From assembly GCA_963770565.1 (NCBI GenBank), contig CAVYQE010000001.1:352001-416000 (forward strand): a stretch of 64,000 bases of DNA, read 5' to 3'. The notes beneath the pieces are model-generated. The model saw nothing but the letters and a program-made list of their open reading frames with translations, did not search any database and was not told where the DNA came from. Both the position numbers and the translations under genes were made by a program. This document shows positions 1-9,738 of the stretch, piece after piece (position 1 is the stretch's first letter; each line of letters begins with the position of its first letter). This DNA comes from an uncultured Actinomycetota bacterium. GTDB taxonomy: Bacteria > Actinomycetota > Actinomycetes > JAFAQI01.

Positions 1-133
1 CCGAGCCCGAGGCGCCCATCAGCGCGACCATCTCCCCCTCCGCGATCGCCAACGAGATTCCCTTGAGCACAGGCACATCGACCTCGCCCAGGAAATAGGT
101 CTTATACAGATTCTCGATGCGGATGATTTCCAT
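1..133 (-). CDS. ABC transporter ATP-binding protein (MacB/LolD-like), 5' part; runs off the window edge
   Basis: ATG at 133 reads MEIIRIENLYKTYFLGEVDVPVLKGISLAIAEGEMVALMGASGS (start of Walker A); directly downstream of the adaptor gene. Confidence 0.9.
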   Translation of the reverse strand, partial: MEIIRIENLYKTYFLGEVDVPVLKGISLAIAEGEMVALMGASGS

Positions 134-237
134 GGGATTTCATTCGTCCTTGCGCCGATTCGCTGTGCCGCGCGAGTGCGTTCGGCGGCGGTGGGCGTGA
201 TCGAGCGCGATGCTGTGGGTGCGCGGCGGATTGGACT

Positions 238-1551
238 TTAGTGGTGCTTGCCGAACAGTTTCGGAGCAAACGGATTCTCGACCGAGCCGCCGGCGTCGCC
301 GTGCGATTCGCCGGTGACGACCTGGTCGCCTGCCTTGATGTCGCCGCCGGTGATTTCGGTCGAGGTGCCGTCCGAGGCGCCGATCTTCACCTTGATCGGT
401 TGCACGAACTCTCCGTCGGCGAGCCAAAGCGTGCCCTGCTGGCGCTGCTTCTTCTCGGCCTTCAGGTTGGGGGCCTTCCCCGCGCCCTCGGAACCCTCAG
501 GGGGGCCGTTATGACTTCGCGCCTTGAGCTGCTTGGCGAAGGCCGCCCGGTCTTCCGGCCGGACTTGCTGCACTTGCGGCCGCCAGCGCAGGGCGATGTT
601 CGGCGCCAGGACGACGTTGTCGTGCTTGCCCGCGTCGAACTGCACATTGGCCGTTTGATAGGGGAGCAGCTTGCCCTCGGAGTTGTCGGCCGTGATCACC
701 ACCGTGTAGGTCACGACGTTTTGCGTCATCTGGGCGTTCAAGCGGAGTTGGCTGACCGTCCCCTTGAAGACCAGATCGGGCTGGGCGTCGACCGTGAATG
801 TCACGTCCTGTCCCGGATGGATCTGACCGATATCGGCCTCGTTCACCGCCGACCAAATCTGCATCCGCTTGAGATCGCGGGCGATCAGAAACAGGCTGGG
901 GGCGTTGAGACTGGCCACCACCGTCTGGCCGACGTTCACGCGGCGGTCGATGATCGTGCCGTTCACGGGCGATTTGATTTCGGTGTAACCGAGGTTGATC
1001 TTGGCCTGCTTGAGAGCGGCGTTGGCTTGGTCGACTTCGGAATGGGCCAGGGCCAGCGACGCGATGGCCAGTTTCTGATTGGCCACCGCGGCGTCGTAGT
1101 CGGCTTGGCTGATGGCTTGGCTCGGCAATTCCTTCGTATCTCGGTCCAAATCGGCCTTGGCTTGGTCGATCTTTGCTTGGGCCGAGAGGACATCGGCATT
1201 GGCCTTCTCCCAATTCGCCTGGGCCGAATCGACCTGCGTTTGATAAAGGGCCGGGTCGATATGCGCCAAGAGCGTGCCCGCCTGGACCCGCGAGTTGTAG
1301 TCGATCGGCTGGTCGGGATGATCGAGATCATGGCCGAAAGAAACGATCAGGCCGGCCACCTGGGCGCCGACGTCGATCACTTCTTCCGGTTCGAGCGTGC
1401 CGGTGGCCCGAATCACCAGATCGAGATTGCCGCGATCGACCTTGACGGTCGTGAAATGAGTGGCCGGGGCGCTCTCGTAATTCTGATAGAAATAGTATCC
1501 GCCGCCGGCGACCATCGCGATGAACGCCAGTGAAATGATGAAGGTCTTCAT
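238..1551 (-). CDS. Efflux RND/MacA-HlyD family periplasmic adaptor subunit
   Basis: N-terminal TM anchor (MKTFIISLAFIAMVAGGGYYFY), 'ATGTLEPEEVIDVGAQVAG', coiled-coil hairpin, 'IKSPVNGTIIDRRVNVGQTVVASLNAPSLF'. Confidence 0.93.
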   Translation of the reverse strand: MKTFIISLAFIAMVAGGGYYFYQNYESAPATHFTTVKVDRGNLDLVIRATGTLEPEEVIDVGAQVAGLIVSFGHDLDHPDQPIDYNSRVQAGTLLAHIDPALYQTQVDSAQANWEKANADVLSAQAKIDQAKADLDRDTKELPSQAISQADYDAAVANQKLAIASLALAHSEVDQANAALKQAKINLGYTEIKSPVNGTIIDRRVNVGQTVVASLNAPSLFLIARDLKRMQIWSAVNEADIGQIHPGQDVTFTVDAQPDLVFKGTVSQLRLNAQMTQNVVTYTVVITADNSEGKLLPYQTANVQFDAGKHDNVVLAPNIALRWRPQVQQVRPEDRAAFAKQLKARSHNGPPEGSEGAGKAPNLKAEKKQRQQGTLWLADGEFVQPIKVKIGASDGTSTEITGGDIKAGDQVVTGESHGDAGGSVENPFAPKLFGKHH

Positions 1552-1909
1552 GGTAGGATGTCTTTCAACGGGATGGCTTGACTCTCGACGATTCCATTTA
1601 TCCATTACGCGGCTTGAGAAGGCGGCGTTCGACTGGCATTATAGGCGAAAACCGCTCGTCCCACCTAGATTATCCTGTCGGCTTGTCCCCGATTCCCCGC
1701 CAAGTCGGAGATTTCGTCATATCTACCGCTGCGGAAATGGTTTCGGTCGATTCGGCGACTGCGCAGCGGCCGACGACGCGCTGATCTGGAATAGAATTGC
1801 CGTTCGGCCGATTTACCGGACAAATTCGACTGACAACGGACGACGGCTCACCGACAAAGTTCAACCGCGACCCGCCAGGGGGGCGCGGCAACGGACCACG
1901 AACCCCCCC

Positions 1910-2743
1910 ATGAAATTCGCGATCTGCAACGAGACGTTCCGCGATTGGCCGTTGCCGCCGGCTTTGGACTTTGCCGCCCGTTGCGGCTATGGGGGGATCG
2001 AATTTGCCCCCTTCACGCTCGGCCCATCGGTCGGCGAAATCTCGGCCGAGCGGCGCCGCGAGGTGGCCCGCGCGGTTCGCGAGGCCGGCTTGCAGACCGT
2101 CGGCCTGCATTGGCTGTTGGCCCAAACCGAGGGGCTGCATCTGACTTCCCCCGACTCGACGGTTCGCGGCCGGACGGCCGATTATCTGGCCCAACTCGCC
2201 CGCCTTTGCGCCGATCTGGGCGGCGCGCTCATGGTGCTCGGCTCGCCGCAGCAACGCAATCTCGCGCCGGGCGTCGGCGCGGGCGAGGGGCTGCATTATG
2301 CCGCCGACGTGATTCGCAGGGCGCTCCCCACGCTGGAAGCGACCGGCGTGGTGCTGGCGATCGAACCGCTCGGTCCGGCGGAGGGCAACTTCCTGCTCAC
2401 GGCCGCCGAGGCGGTGCAATTGATCGACCTGATCGGTTCGCCCCACTGTCGGCTGCACCTGGATTGCAAGGCCATGTCGAGCGAAGCGACGCCGATTCCG
2501 GACCTGATCCGCCGGCATCGGGAGCAACTTGTGCATTTTCATGCCAATGATCCGAATCGCCAAGGCCCGGGGTTCGGCGAACTCAAGTTCGAGCCGATCC
2601 TGGCGGCGCTCGAGGAGATCGGCTATCGGGGTTGGGTTTCGGTCGAAGTGTTCGACTACAGCCCCGGCATCGAGCCGCTGGCCCGCCGCAGCATCGAATA
2701 TCTGCGCGCCTGTGAGGCGCGGATTGCCGCGGCCAACGGATGA
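1910..2743 (+). CDS. Sugar phosphate isomerase/epimerase (AP endonuclease 2 TIM barrel, tagatose/psicose 3-epimerase-like)
   Basis: MKFAICNETF start; motifs 'LAIEPL', 'LHLD', 'HFHANDPNRQGPGFG', 'GWVSVEVF'. Confidence 0.9.
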   Translation: MKFAICNETFRDWPLPPALDFAARCGYGGIEFAPFTLGPSVGEISAERRREVARAVREAGLQTVGLHWLLAQTEGLHLTSPDSTVRGRTADYLAQLARLCADLGGALMVLGSPQQRNLAPGVGAGEGLHYAADVIRRALPTLEATGVVLAIEPLGPAEGNFLLTAAEAVQLIDLIGSPHCRLHLDCKAMSSEATPIPDLIRRHREQLVHFHANDPNRQGPGFGELKFEPILAALEEIGYRGWVSVEVFDYSPGIEPLARRSIEYLRACEARIAAANG

Positions 2744-2839
2744 TCCAGAGGAGTGGCAAAGGCGTCCGTCTCGCATAGCCGCGGGCTGCGCACGGGCTGT
2801 GCAATCTGTGCGGTTTCGAAGTGGAATTCGAATTAGTGT

Positions 2840-3119
2840 TTTGGTTGGTTTTTGTTCCGCCCAAGTACTCGCGCGATTCCGACTCCGAGGTGGCATGAAA
2901 TTCATCCCGACAGGGATGCCAGACACTAGCCGGCGGTTGAGGCCGCAGGCCGACACCGCCAGTATCGGAACGCGAAAACCAGCTTCGACCCCGGTAGGGG
3001 TCGCAGAGCGCTGGCACCCCTATCGGGGTGCAAAAGGGGATTATTCGATTTCACGACCGGTGGTATCGGCCTGACGGCCTCAACCACCGGCTAATGTCTG
3101 GGAACCCTACCGGGTTCCT
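2840..3119. repeat. Composite palindromic REP-like element; an internally deleted inverted copy lies at 16359-16460
   Basis: 2904-2958 pairs with 3058-3117. 16359-16381 is the reverse complement of 3097-3119, and 16383-16460 is approximately the reverse complement of 2840-2919. Confidence 0.75.
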
Positions 3120-3339
3120 GGTGCTCGACCACCATCGACAAACGGACCAAGGCTGAGGTCGCCGAAGGGAAGCCCGCTCGAGCGGGCTGCCGAAATTCTT
3201 TCCGTGCGGAATCCCGCGGCATAAATGCCGGGGCCACGTGAAAAAGCCGGCGCCGCCTTTTGCTCGTCCTTATTGGCGGTCGCCCTCGCCGCAGACTGTG
3301 CGATCCGTGACGGTTTTCGGCCGATTCGGAGCTGCGCTG

Positions 3340-4721
3340 CTACTTCGTCTCGCGTTGTGCGACGGTCACGACGCGCAGGTCGCAGACGTTGGTGTGCGTC
3401 GGCCCGGTTTGCAGTAGCGCGTCGAGCGGCTGGAAATAATGGTAGGCGTCGTTGCGATGCAGGAAATCGTCGGCGTCGAGATTCCGCCGCTGCCCGGCCG
3501 CGATGACCGCCGCATCGACAATCGCCCCGGCCGCGTCGGTCGGACCGTCCTCGCCGTCGGTCCCCGCGGAGACCAGCGCGATGCCTTGCGGATCGTGCTG
3601 AGCCAGGCGGATCAGGGCGGCCAGGGCAAGCTGCTGATTTCGCCCCCCCAGGCCACGCTCTTGTTCGGCCACGAGTCGCACCGTCCCCTCGCCGCCGGAG
3701 ATCAAGCAATCGGGGCCCCGCGAGTCGCGCATTGCCAGCGCCATGTCGGCCAGATGTCGGCCGATCTCCTCGACCGGTCCTTCCGGCTGCGTCGCGGAAA
3801 TCATCGCGTGAGAATAGCCGAATCGTTCCGCTGCGAGCCCCGCCGCATCGACGGCCGTCGCATTGTTGCCGATCACGACATTCGTCACGCGGCAACGCGG
3901 GGCACTTCGCCGCAAGTCCGGCCCGCGCGACGCATCGGCTGGCGAGAGATGCTCCCTCACGCTCGCGGGAATCGCCGTCTCATCTGGATCGAATTGCTTG
4001 AGCACGGCCAGGGCTTCGGCGGCCGTCGAGCGATCTTCGACCGTCGGTCCCGAGGCGATCACGTCGAGCGGATCGCCGGGCACGTCGGAGATCACCAGGG
4101 CCAGCAGCCGGCCGGCGCGGCAGGCCCGCGCAAGCCGCCCCCTTTGATGCGGCTGAGTTGCTTGCGCACGATGTTGAGTTGCTCGATATTCGCGCCGGCC
4201 GCGCTCAAGTGCCGCGTGACGGCGAGCAGATCGGCGAGCGAAATCCCGGCCACGGGAGCGGGCAACAGCGCCGATCCCCCGCCCGAGATCAGGGCGATGC
4301 ACAAATCGTCGGCCTCCAACGCGCCGACAATCCGCAGAATCTCTTCCGCCCCGGCGATCCCTGCCGCAGTCGGCTCGTTTTGCCCGGCGGGACGCGCAGC
4401 GTGCAGCCGAATCCGGTCGAGCGGCCGCACGCAATCGGCCGGCACATTGACCCAGCCGTCGAGCCGCTTCGCCGCGGACCACTCCGGGCCGATCGTCTGC
4501 TCGAGCGCGGCGGCCATTCCGGCCCCGGCCTTCCCCGCTCCGACCACGGCGATTCGCCCGACGCCGCGCAAATCGATCGGCTCTTCATCGCCGGCCGTCA
4601 ACCAGTGGTCGTCGAGGCGGAGCGCCTCGGTCATCAACCGCTCCGACTGCACGGCTTCGAGCCCGGCCCGCCAAATCTGCAGGGCCTCGTCGCGCAGTTG
4701 GCTGGGGGAGCGATGGTTCAT
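3340..4721 (-). CDS. Glycerate kinase type 2 (DUF4147 + MOFRL); one frameshift near 4140
   Basis: 'VVGAGKAGAGMA', 'LISGGGSALL', 'RKQLSRIKGG', then in another frame 'ISDVPGD..VIASGPT', 'GGRNQQLAL', 'GTDGEDGPTDAAGA', 'TGPTHTNVCDL'. Confidence 0.92.
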
Positions 4722-4882
4722 CGTTCGATGCGTGGGTTGGCGATCCAGATTGTTCGTCGCGCGAGGGTCGGGCGGCGTATCGTGCGGCGCAGAGCTTGAT
4801 TATCTTCCGTCGGCGGCCGGATGGGCAAGCGGATTTGCGACGTATTCGCGGGCGGAAGCTGGCGCGGTGCGGGAAGCTTTCC

Positions 4883-5062
4883 TGGCGACGATTGTGCCAC
4901 TGCTTGGCGGCTACCACCGGCGGTGAAGTGTCACCAGGAATCGCGACGGCAGCCGCCAAGCAGTGCTCGCGGCAACCGGCGCGCCGCACTGCTTGCCAAC
5001 CGCCGAACAGCCCGACTCTTGGGGCATCGACAACCGCGACGGTTGGCAAGCAGTGGCACGAA
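4883..5062. repeat. REP-like family with GCCACTGCTTG/CAAGCAGTGGC core; further copies at about 25460-25492, 26200-26312 and 17933-18008
   Basis: Repeated 'gccaagcagtg' / 'cactgcttggc' motifs in inverted arrangement; 4951-5060 resembles 26203-26312. Confidence 0.7.
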
Positions 5063-5220
5063 CTGCCGACGCTGCACCCTCACCGGAATTCCGGTATCGC
5101 CAAAAATCCTTGCCGCGCTGCGCCCGGCACCGCGCCTGGCACCGAGGGAGCAAAACCGATCGACGTCTGTTACTATAGGGAAAAATGCTTTCGATTCACG
5201 CAATCCGAGGCCCGATTGGC

Positions 5221-7554
5221 ATGAAAACATTTCAAACTGTCGCCGTGGCGCCGTTCGCGGTTCGCAACCCCGCGATGACTGCTCGCTTGGCCCGCCGCGC
5301 GCTCGTTAGCGCGAGCGGCTCGTTGCTGCTGCTGCTCGCGGCGGCCGGTCCGCTCCGGGCCCAGGGGACTCGGGCCGATTACAACCGCGCGAATCATCTG
5401 GCGGAGACCGTGCGGCATAAAGTGTTTCGCGCCACGGTCACGCCGCATTGGTTCGCAAAGGATCGGTTTTGGTATCGAAACGATCTGGCCGGCGGCGGCC
5501 GCGAATTCATCGTGGTCGATGCGGCGGCGGGAACGCGCCGCCCGGCATTCGATCCAGTCCGGCTCGCGGCGGCGCTCGCCAAGCGCTCGGGCCAGGAGAT
5601 CGCCGCCGACAAGCTGCCGATCGACCGCATCGAGTTTGCCGGATCGGACGGGCCGCTCGTGTTCGCCGCCTTGGGCCGCGGTTGGCAACTCGACTTGGCG
5701 ACCTACAAGATCAAAGAGCATGCGCCGCCGAAGCCGCTCGACGATCGCCCGCAACGGCGCGGCGAGCGGGGCGGGCGCGGCATTCGCGGCGGCCGCCGGC
5801 AAAGCCCGCCCCCCGACGCCGACTCGCCCGACGGCCATTGGCGGGCCTTCGTCAAACACAACAACGTCTATCTGCGCCACCTGAAAGACGGAGCCGAATC
5901 CAAACTCAGCGACGACGGCGCGCCCGACGACGCCTACTCCGGACAATTCTACTGGTCTCCCGACTCGAAGCGGCTCGTCGCCCTGCGCACCAAGCCGGGG
6001 CAGCAGCACAAAGTCTATCTCATCGAATCCTCGCCCCCCGACCAATTGCAGCCGAAGCTCCTCTCTTACGACTATCTCAAGCCGGGCGATCGCATCCCGC
6101 TCACCAAGCCGCACCTTTTCGACGTGACCGAGAAAAAGCAAATCCCCGTGAGCGACGAACTGTTTCCCAATCCTTGGAGCATCGGCCAGGTGCGCTGGGA
6201 CCGCGACTCGCGGCGATTCACGTTTCTCTACAACCAGCGCGGCCATCAAACGCTCCGGATCATTGCCGTCGACGCCGACAGCGGCGCAGCCCGCGCGCTC
6301 ATCGACGAACGCAGCAAAACCTTCATCGACTATGCCGGCAAGACGTTCGTGCGCTATCTCGACGCCCCGGGCGAAATCATCTGGATGTCGGAGCGCGACG
6401 GCTGGAATCACCTCTATCTCTACGACGCCAAGACGGGCAAAGTGAAGAACCAGATCACGCGCGGCTCGTGGGTCGTGCGCGGCATCGATCGGGTGGACGA
6501 CAAGAAGCGGCAAATCTGGTTTCGCGCGGGGGGAATTCGTCCCGAGCAGGATCCCTATTTCATCCATTATTGCCGCGTGAATTTCGACGGCAGCGGCTTG
6601 ACGATCCTCACCGCGGGAAACGGCACGCACACGGTCGCGTTTTCGCCCGACCGCCGGTTCTTGCTCGACACCTGGTCGCGCGTCGATCAGCCGCCGGTCA
6701 CCGAGCTGCGCAGCGCCGAGAGCGGCAAGTTGATCTGCCCGCTGGAAAAGGCCGACGCCAAGCGTCTGTTGGCAATCGGCTGGAAGATGCCCGAGCCGTT
6801 TGTGGCCAAGGGGCGCGACGGCAAGACCGATATCTACGGCGTCATCTATCGGCCGATGCAGTTCGATCCGCACCGGAAGTATCCCGTGCTCGAAGACATT
6901 TACGCCGGCCCGCAAGATTCGTTCGTTCCCAAGTCGTTCCGCGAATTTCGCCGCCAGCAGGCGATGGCCGAATTGGGATTCATCGTCGTGCAGATCGACG
7001 GGATGGGGACATCGAACCGCTCGAAGGCGTTTCACGACGTGTGCTGGAAGAATCTGGCCGATGCGGGGTTGCCCGATCGGATCGCTTGGATCAAAGCGGC
7101 GGCGGCGAAGTATCCGGCGCTCGACACGCAGCGCGTCGGCATCTATGGCACGTCGGCCGGCGGGCAAAGCGCGCTGGGGGCGCTGTTGTTCCACGGCGAT
7201 TTCTACAAGGCGGCGGTCGCCGATTGCGGCTGCCACGACAATCGGATGGACAAAATCTGGTGGAACGAACTCTGGATGGGCTGGCCGATCGGGCCGCAAT
7301 ACGCGGCAAGTTCCAATGTGACCAACGCCCACCGCCTGAAGGGCAAGCTGCTGTTGATCGTCGGCGAGACCGATCACAATGTCGATCCGGCCTCGACGAT
7401 GCAAGTGGTGAATGCCCTGATCAAGGCCGACAAGGATTTCGACCTGCTCGTGATCCCCGGCGCCGACCACGGCCAAGACGGCGCGTATGGCAACCGACGC
7501 CGCGAGGATTTCTTCGTGCGCAATCTGCTGGGGGTCGAGCCGCGGGCCAAGTGA
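5221..7554 (+). CDS. Secreted S9 peptidase (dipeptidyl peptidase IV / prolyl oligopeptidase family)
   Basis: Signal peptide, DPPIV beta-propeller ('SERDGWNHLYL'), nucleophile 'GIYGTSAGG', 'DHNVD', 'PGADH'; start could be 5221 or 5275. Confidence 0.93.
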   Translation: MKTFQTVAVAPFAVRNPAMTARLARRALVSASGSLLLLLAAAGPLRAQGTRADYNRANHLAETVRHKVFRATVTPHWFAKDRFWYRNDLAGGGREFIVVDAAAGTRRPAFDPVRLAAALAKRSGQEIAADKLPIDRIEFAGSDGPLVFAALGRGWQLDLATYKIKEHAPPKPLDDRPQRRGERGGRGIRGGRRQSPPPDADSPDGHWRAFVKHNNVYLRHLKDGAESKLSDDGAPDDAYSGQFYWSPDSKRLVALRTKPGQQHKVYLIESSPPDQLQPKLLSYDYLKPGDRIPLTKPHLFDVTEKKQIPVSDELFPNPWSIGQVRWDRDSRRFTFLYNQRGHQTLRIIAVDADSGAARALIDERSKTFIDYAGKTFVRYLDAPGEIIWMSERDGWNHLYLYDAKTGKVKNQITRGSWVVRGIDRVDDKKRQIWFRAGGIRPEQDPYFIHYCRVNFDGSGLTILTAGNGTHTVAFSPDRRFLLDTWSRVDQPPVTELRSAESGKLICPLEKADAKRLLAIGWKMPEPFVAKGRDGKTDIYGVIYRPMQFDPHRKYPVLEDIYAGPQDSFVPKSFREFRRQQAMAELGFIVVQIDGMGTSNRSKAFHDVCWKNLADAGLPDRIAWIKAAAAKYPALDTQRVGIYGTSAGGQSALGALLFHGDFYKAAVADCGCHDNRMDKIWWNELWMGWPIGPQYAASSNVTNAHRLKGKLLLIVGETDHNVDPASTMQVVNALIKADKDFDLLVIPGADHGQDGAYGNRRREDFFVRNLLGVEPRAK

Positions 7555-8272
7555 ACGCATTCGCGGCCGGCGGCGTGCGGCAAACCGCAACAGGCAGCGG
7601 CAGCGCAGCGTGCCAAGCGGCTCGGTTCAGTCGCGCGCGTCCTTCGCGCGACGCTGCGCGCTGCATAGCCCGGCCGGCAAAGACGCCGGAACCAGAACGA
7701 GCCGGAAATGAATCGAACAGCGCCAAAAAGCGTGGGGGGGACATCCAGGCCACGACCAGGTCGTCGAACTTTCGATCCCTACAGCCGCCGCCCCCCAAGC
7801 GAAAATTCCAACTGATTTATCCAGGTCCGCGAAAAACCAAGCTCGGCGCAATCTCAGCGCCGTTCGATCCGCCGGGATCTTCTTGCCTGGGAACCCACCG
7901 ACCGGCTGGCTCAGGCAAACGGTCGCGGGCCATCATCGGCCGCGATCGCCAACAACTAGAACTCAGCCGCCGAGCCTGCAACCACCCAAAAAACTTCTCA
8001 CTGGGAATCCGCTGAATTGGGAATCCAGTGAAGTTGAATTGCCGAACTGATGGAAACCTACGCGCAACGCGCTGGAATCAAAACGACATTTTGCTGCGCG
8101 TTTCCAAATTGTCAAGCAACAATTCGATGAAGTTTTTTCTCCCCGCGCAGAGGCTTGTTTTTCTCGAGCCGGCGCTCGCCGAAGTGCTAGCACGCGCACA
8201 GCGACGCGGCGCTTCGAACCGGCGCCATGGCGCAATCGACTCCCGGCCCCGCCGCGGCTTGCTGCGCCTCGA

Positions 8273-8710
8273 TCAGCGCACCGTCGGCGACCGACGCGCC
8301 TCGCGCAGCGCCGCGGATCGCCCCGCGATCACGGGAATCGCCAACGCCGGTCGCGGGCCATGCCAGGGATAGTTGAATGTCTCGCGATAATCGTACGGCA
8401 CCGCATAGTTGCCCGGATAGAACGCCGCACAATCCTTCAGCAGCCAAACGGGAGAATAGTTCCGGCAGCCGATCCACCCGTCGCGCGCGTCGATCCCGCC
8501 GGCGGGCGAAAAAGCCCGCGACTGCGGTTCTGCATCGCCGATCAGCCCGCGGCCGGTTGGAGCGGACACGACGCATTCGCCGACTTGAGCCGCCTGGGGC
8601 GCCGGCAGAGACTGCGCGACCACGATTGCGGGGGGATTCGCCCGCGCGCGGTCGCCCGAATTACCGCATGCGCCGGCCATCAACAAAACGGAAACAACGG
8701 CTGCTTGCAT
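8273..8710 (-). CDS. Hypothetical exported protein / lipoprotein
   Basis: Lipobox-like 'LLMAGAC'; aromatic C-terminal 'PYDYRETFNYPWH'. Confidence 0.5.
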   Translation of the reverse strand: MQAAVVSVLLMAGACGNSGDRARANPPAIVVAQSLPAPQAAQVGECVVSAPTGRGLIGDAEPQSRAFSPAGGIDARDGWIGCRNYSPVWLLKDCAAFYPGNYAVPYDYRETFNYPWHGPRPALAIPVIAGRSAALREARRSPTVR

Positions 8711-8919
8711 CACGCGCTCCTTCAAGTGCCCGAGTCCGGCCGGCGCAACCGCGCGGGAGGTCGGCGCAAAACCGGCCGGAAGATCTGGATGTGTTAGTCT
8801 TATCGGCTCGGATGGTGCAGTCGCTTTAATCGGAAAAGCGAGTTCTCGCGGCGAATTCCCGAATCGCGGAGTTTCGGCTCTCGGCGATTCGGCGATTCGG
8901 CGATTCGGCGCTCGGGGCG

Positions 8920-9510
8920 TCAGCTCGCCGGGCCGGAGCTGGCCAGCAACAGCGAGATCTTGCGGTCGATTTCGGTCATCCGGGTGAGCAATTCGGTTTG
9001 GCGAACCACGTCCGGACCCGGCTTGACGGCGGCGAAGGAAATGACGCCGCCCGGTTCGAGCACGGCCCGATCGACTTCGCTCAAGCTGGCGAAGCCCTGT
9101 TTGTGGGCGGCGATTTCCAACTCGGCGAGCGTCATCAATTCGCTTTTGAGGCGCTCCATGCGGACTTTGCCGTTTTCGACAAGCACGTCCGGATCGCCTT
9201 CGATCAGCCGATCGAGCTTTTCATGCTTGTAAAGAAAGCGCACGAACAGGGCATTGGTGACCAACAGAGAAGTCGCCCCGATCACCCCCCCGCTGATCGA
9301 ATTGTCGGCGCCGATGATCGCGTTTTGCACGGTGTTCGAGAGCGTGAGCAGCACGATCAAGTCGAACGTGTTGAGCTGGGCCAGCTCGCGCTTGCCGGCC
9401 AACCGCAAGCTGATGATGAGAAAGAAGTAGACGATGACCGGGCGAATGATTTTTTCGAGCACCGGCAACTCCGAAACGAACATCCGTTGCAGCGCAATAT
9501 GATCGAGCAT
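8920..9510 (-). CDS. DUF421/YetF family membrane protein
   Basis: 'RLAGKRELAQLNTFDLIVLLTLSNTVQNA', 'IEGDPDVLVENG', 'AVLEPGGVIS'. Confidence 0.92.
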   Translation of the reverse strand: MLDHIALQRMFVSELPVLEKIIRPVIVYFFLIISLRLAGKRELAQLNTFDLIVLLTLSNTVQNAIIGADNSISGGVIGATSLLVTNALFVRFLYKHEKLDRLIEGDPDVLVENGKVRMERLKSELMTLAELEIAAHKQGFASLSEVDRAVLEPGGVISFAAVKPGPDVVRQTELLTRMTEIDRKISLLLASSGPAS

Positions 9511-9681
9511 GGCGGCCTCGGGGCAGTGGGGGAGGGTAAAGTCGCCCATTATGTCAGGGCGCAGGGGGGGAAGGGAATCGGCCCCCGCCGCCGGACGCGG
9601 CAAAGTTTTCTTGGCGATGCCGGCGCCGCGGCATGGCGGCTGCCCTACACAATGCAGATTTTGCGGAGGCCGCGGCGCACC

Positions 9682-9738
9682 CGAGTAGGGACCGGCTTAC
9701 TGAGTAGGGACCGGCTTACCGAGAAAGGACCGGCTTAC
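9682..9738. repeat. Three ~19-20 bp direct repeats (GAGTAGGGACCGGCTTAC), the last overlapping a stop codon
   Basis: gagtagggaccggcttac-t-gagtagggaccggcttac-c-gagaaaggaccggcttac. Confidence 0.8.

Noticed and set aside
5173-8015. Long antisense and alternate-frame ORFs (805 aa, 855 aa) and similar shadows elsewhere
   Set aside because: Expected shadows of high-GC coding sequence; Arg/Pro-rich or motif-free translations
7555-8272. Gene or ncRNA in the 700-bp gap after the peptidase
   Set aside because: No ORF with recognisable motifs and no convincing structure seen by eye
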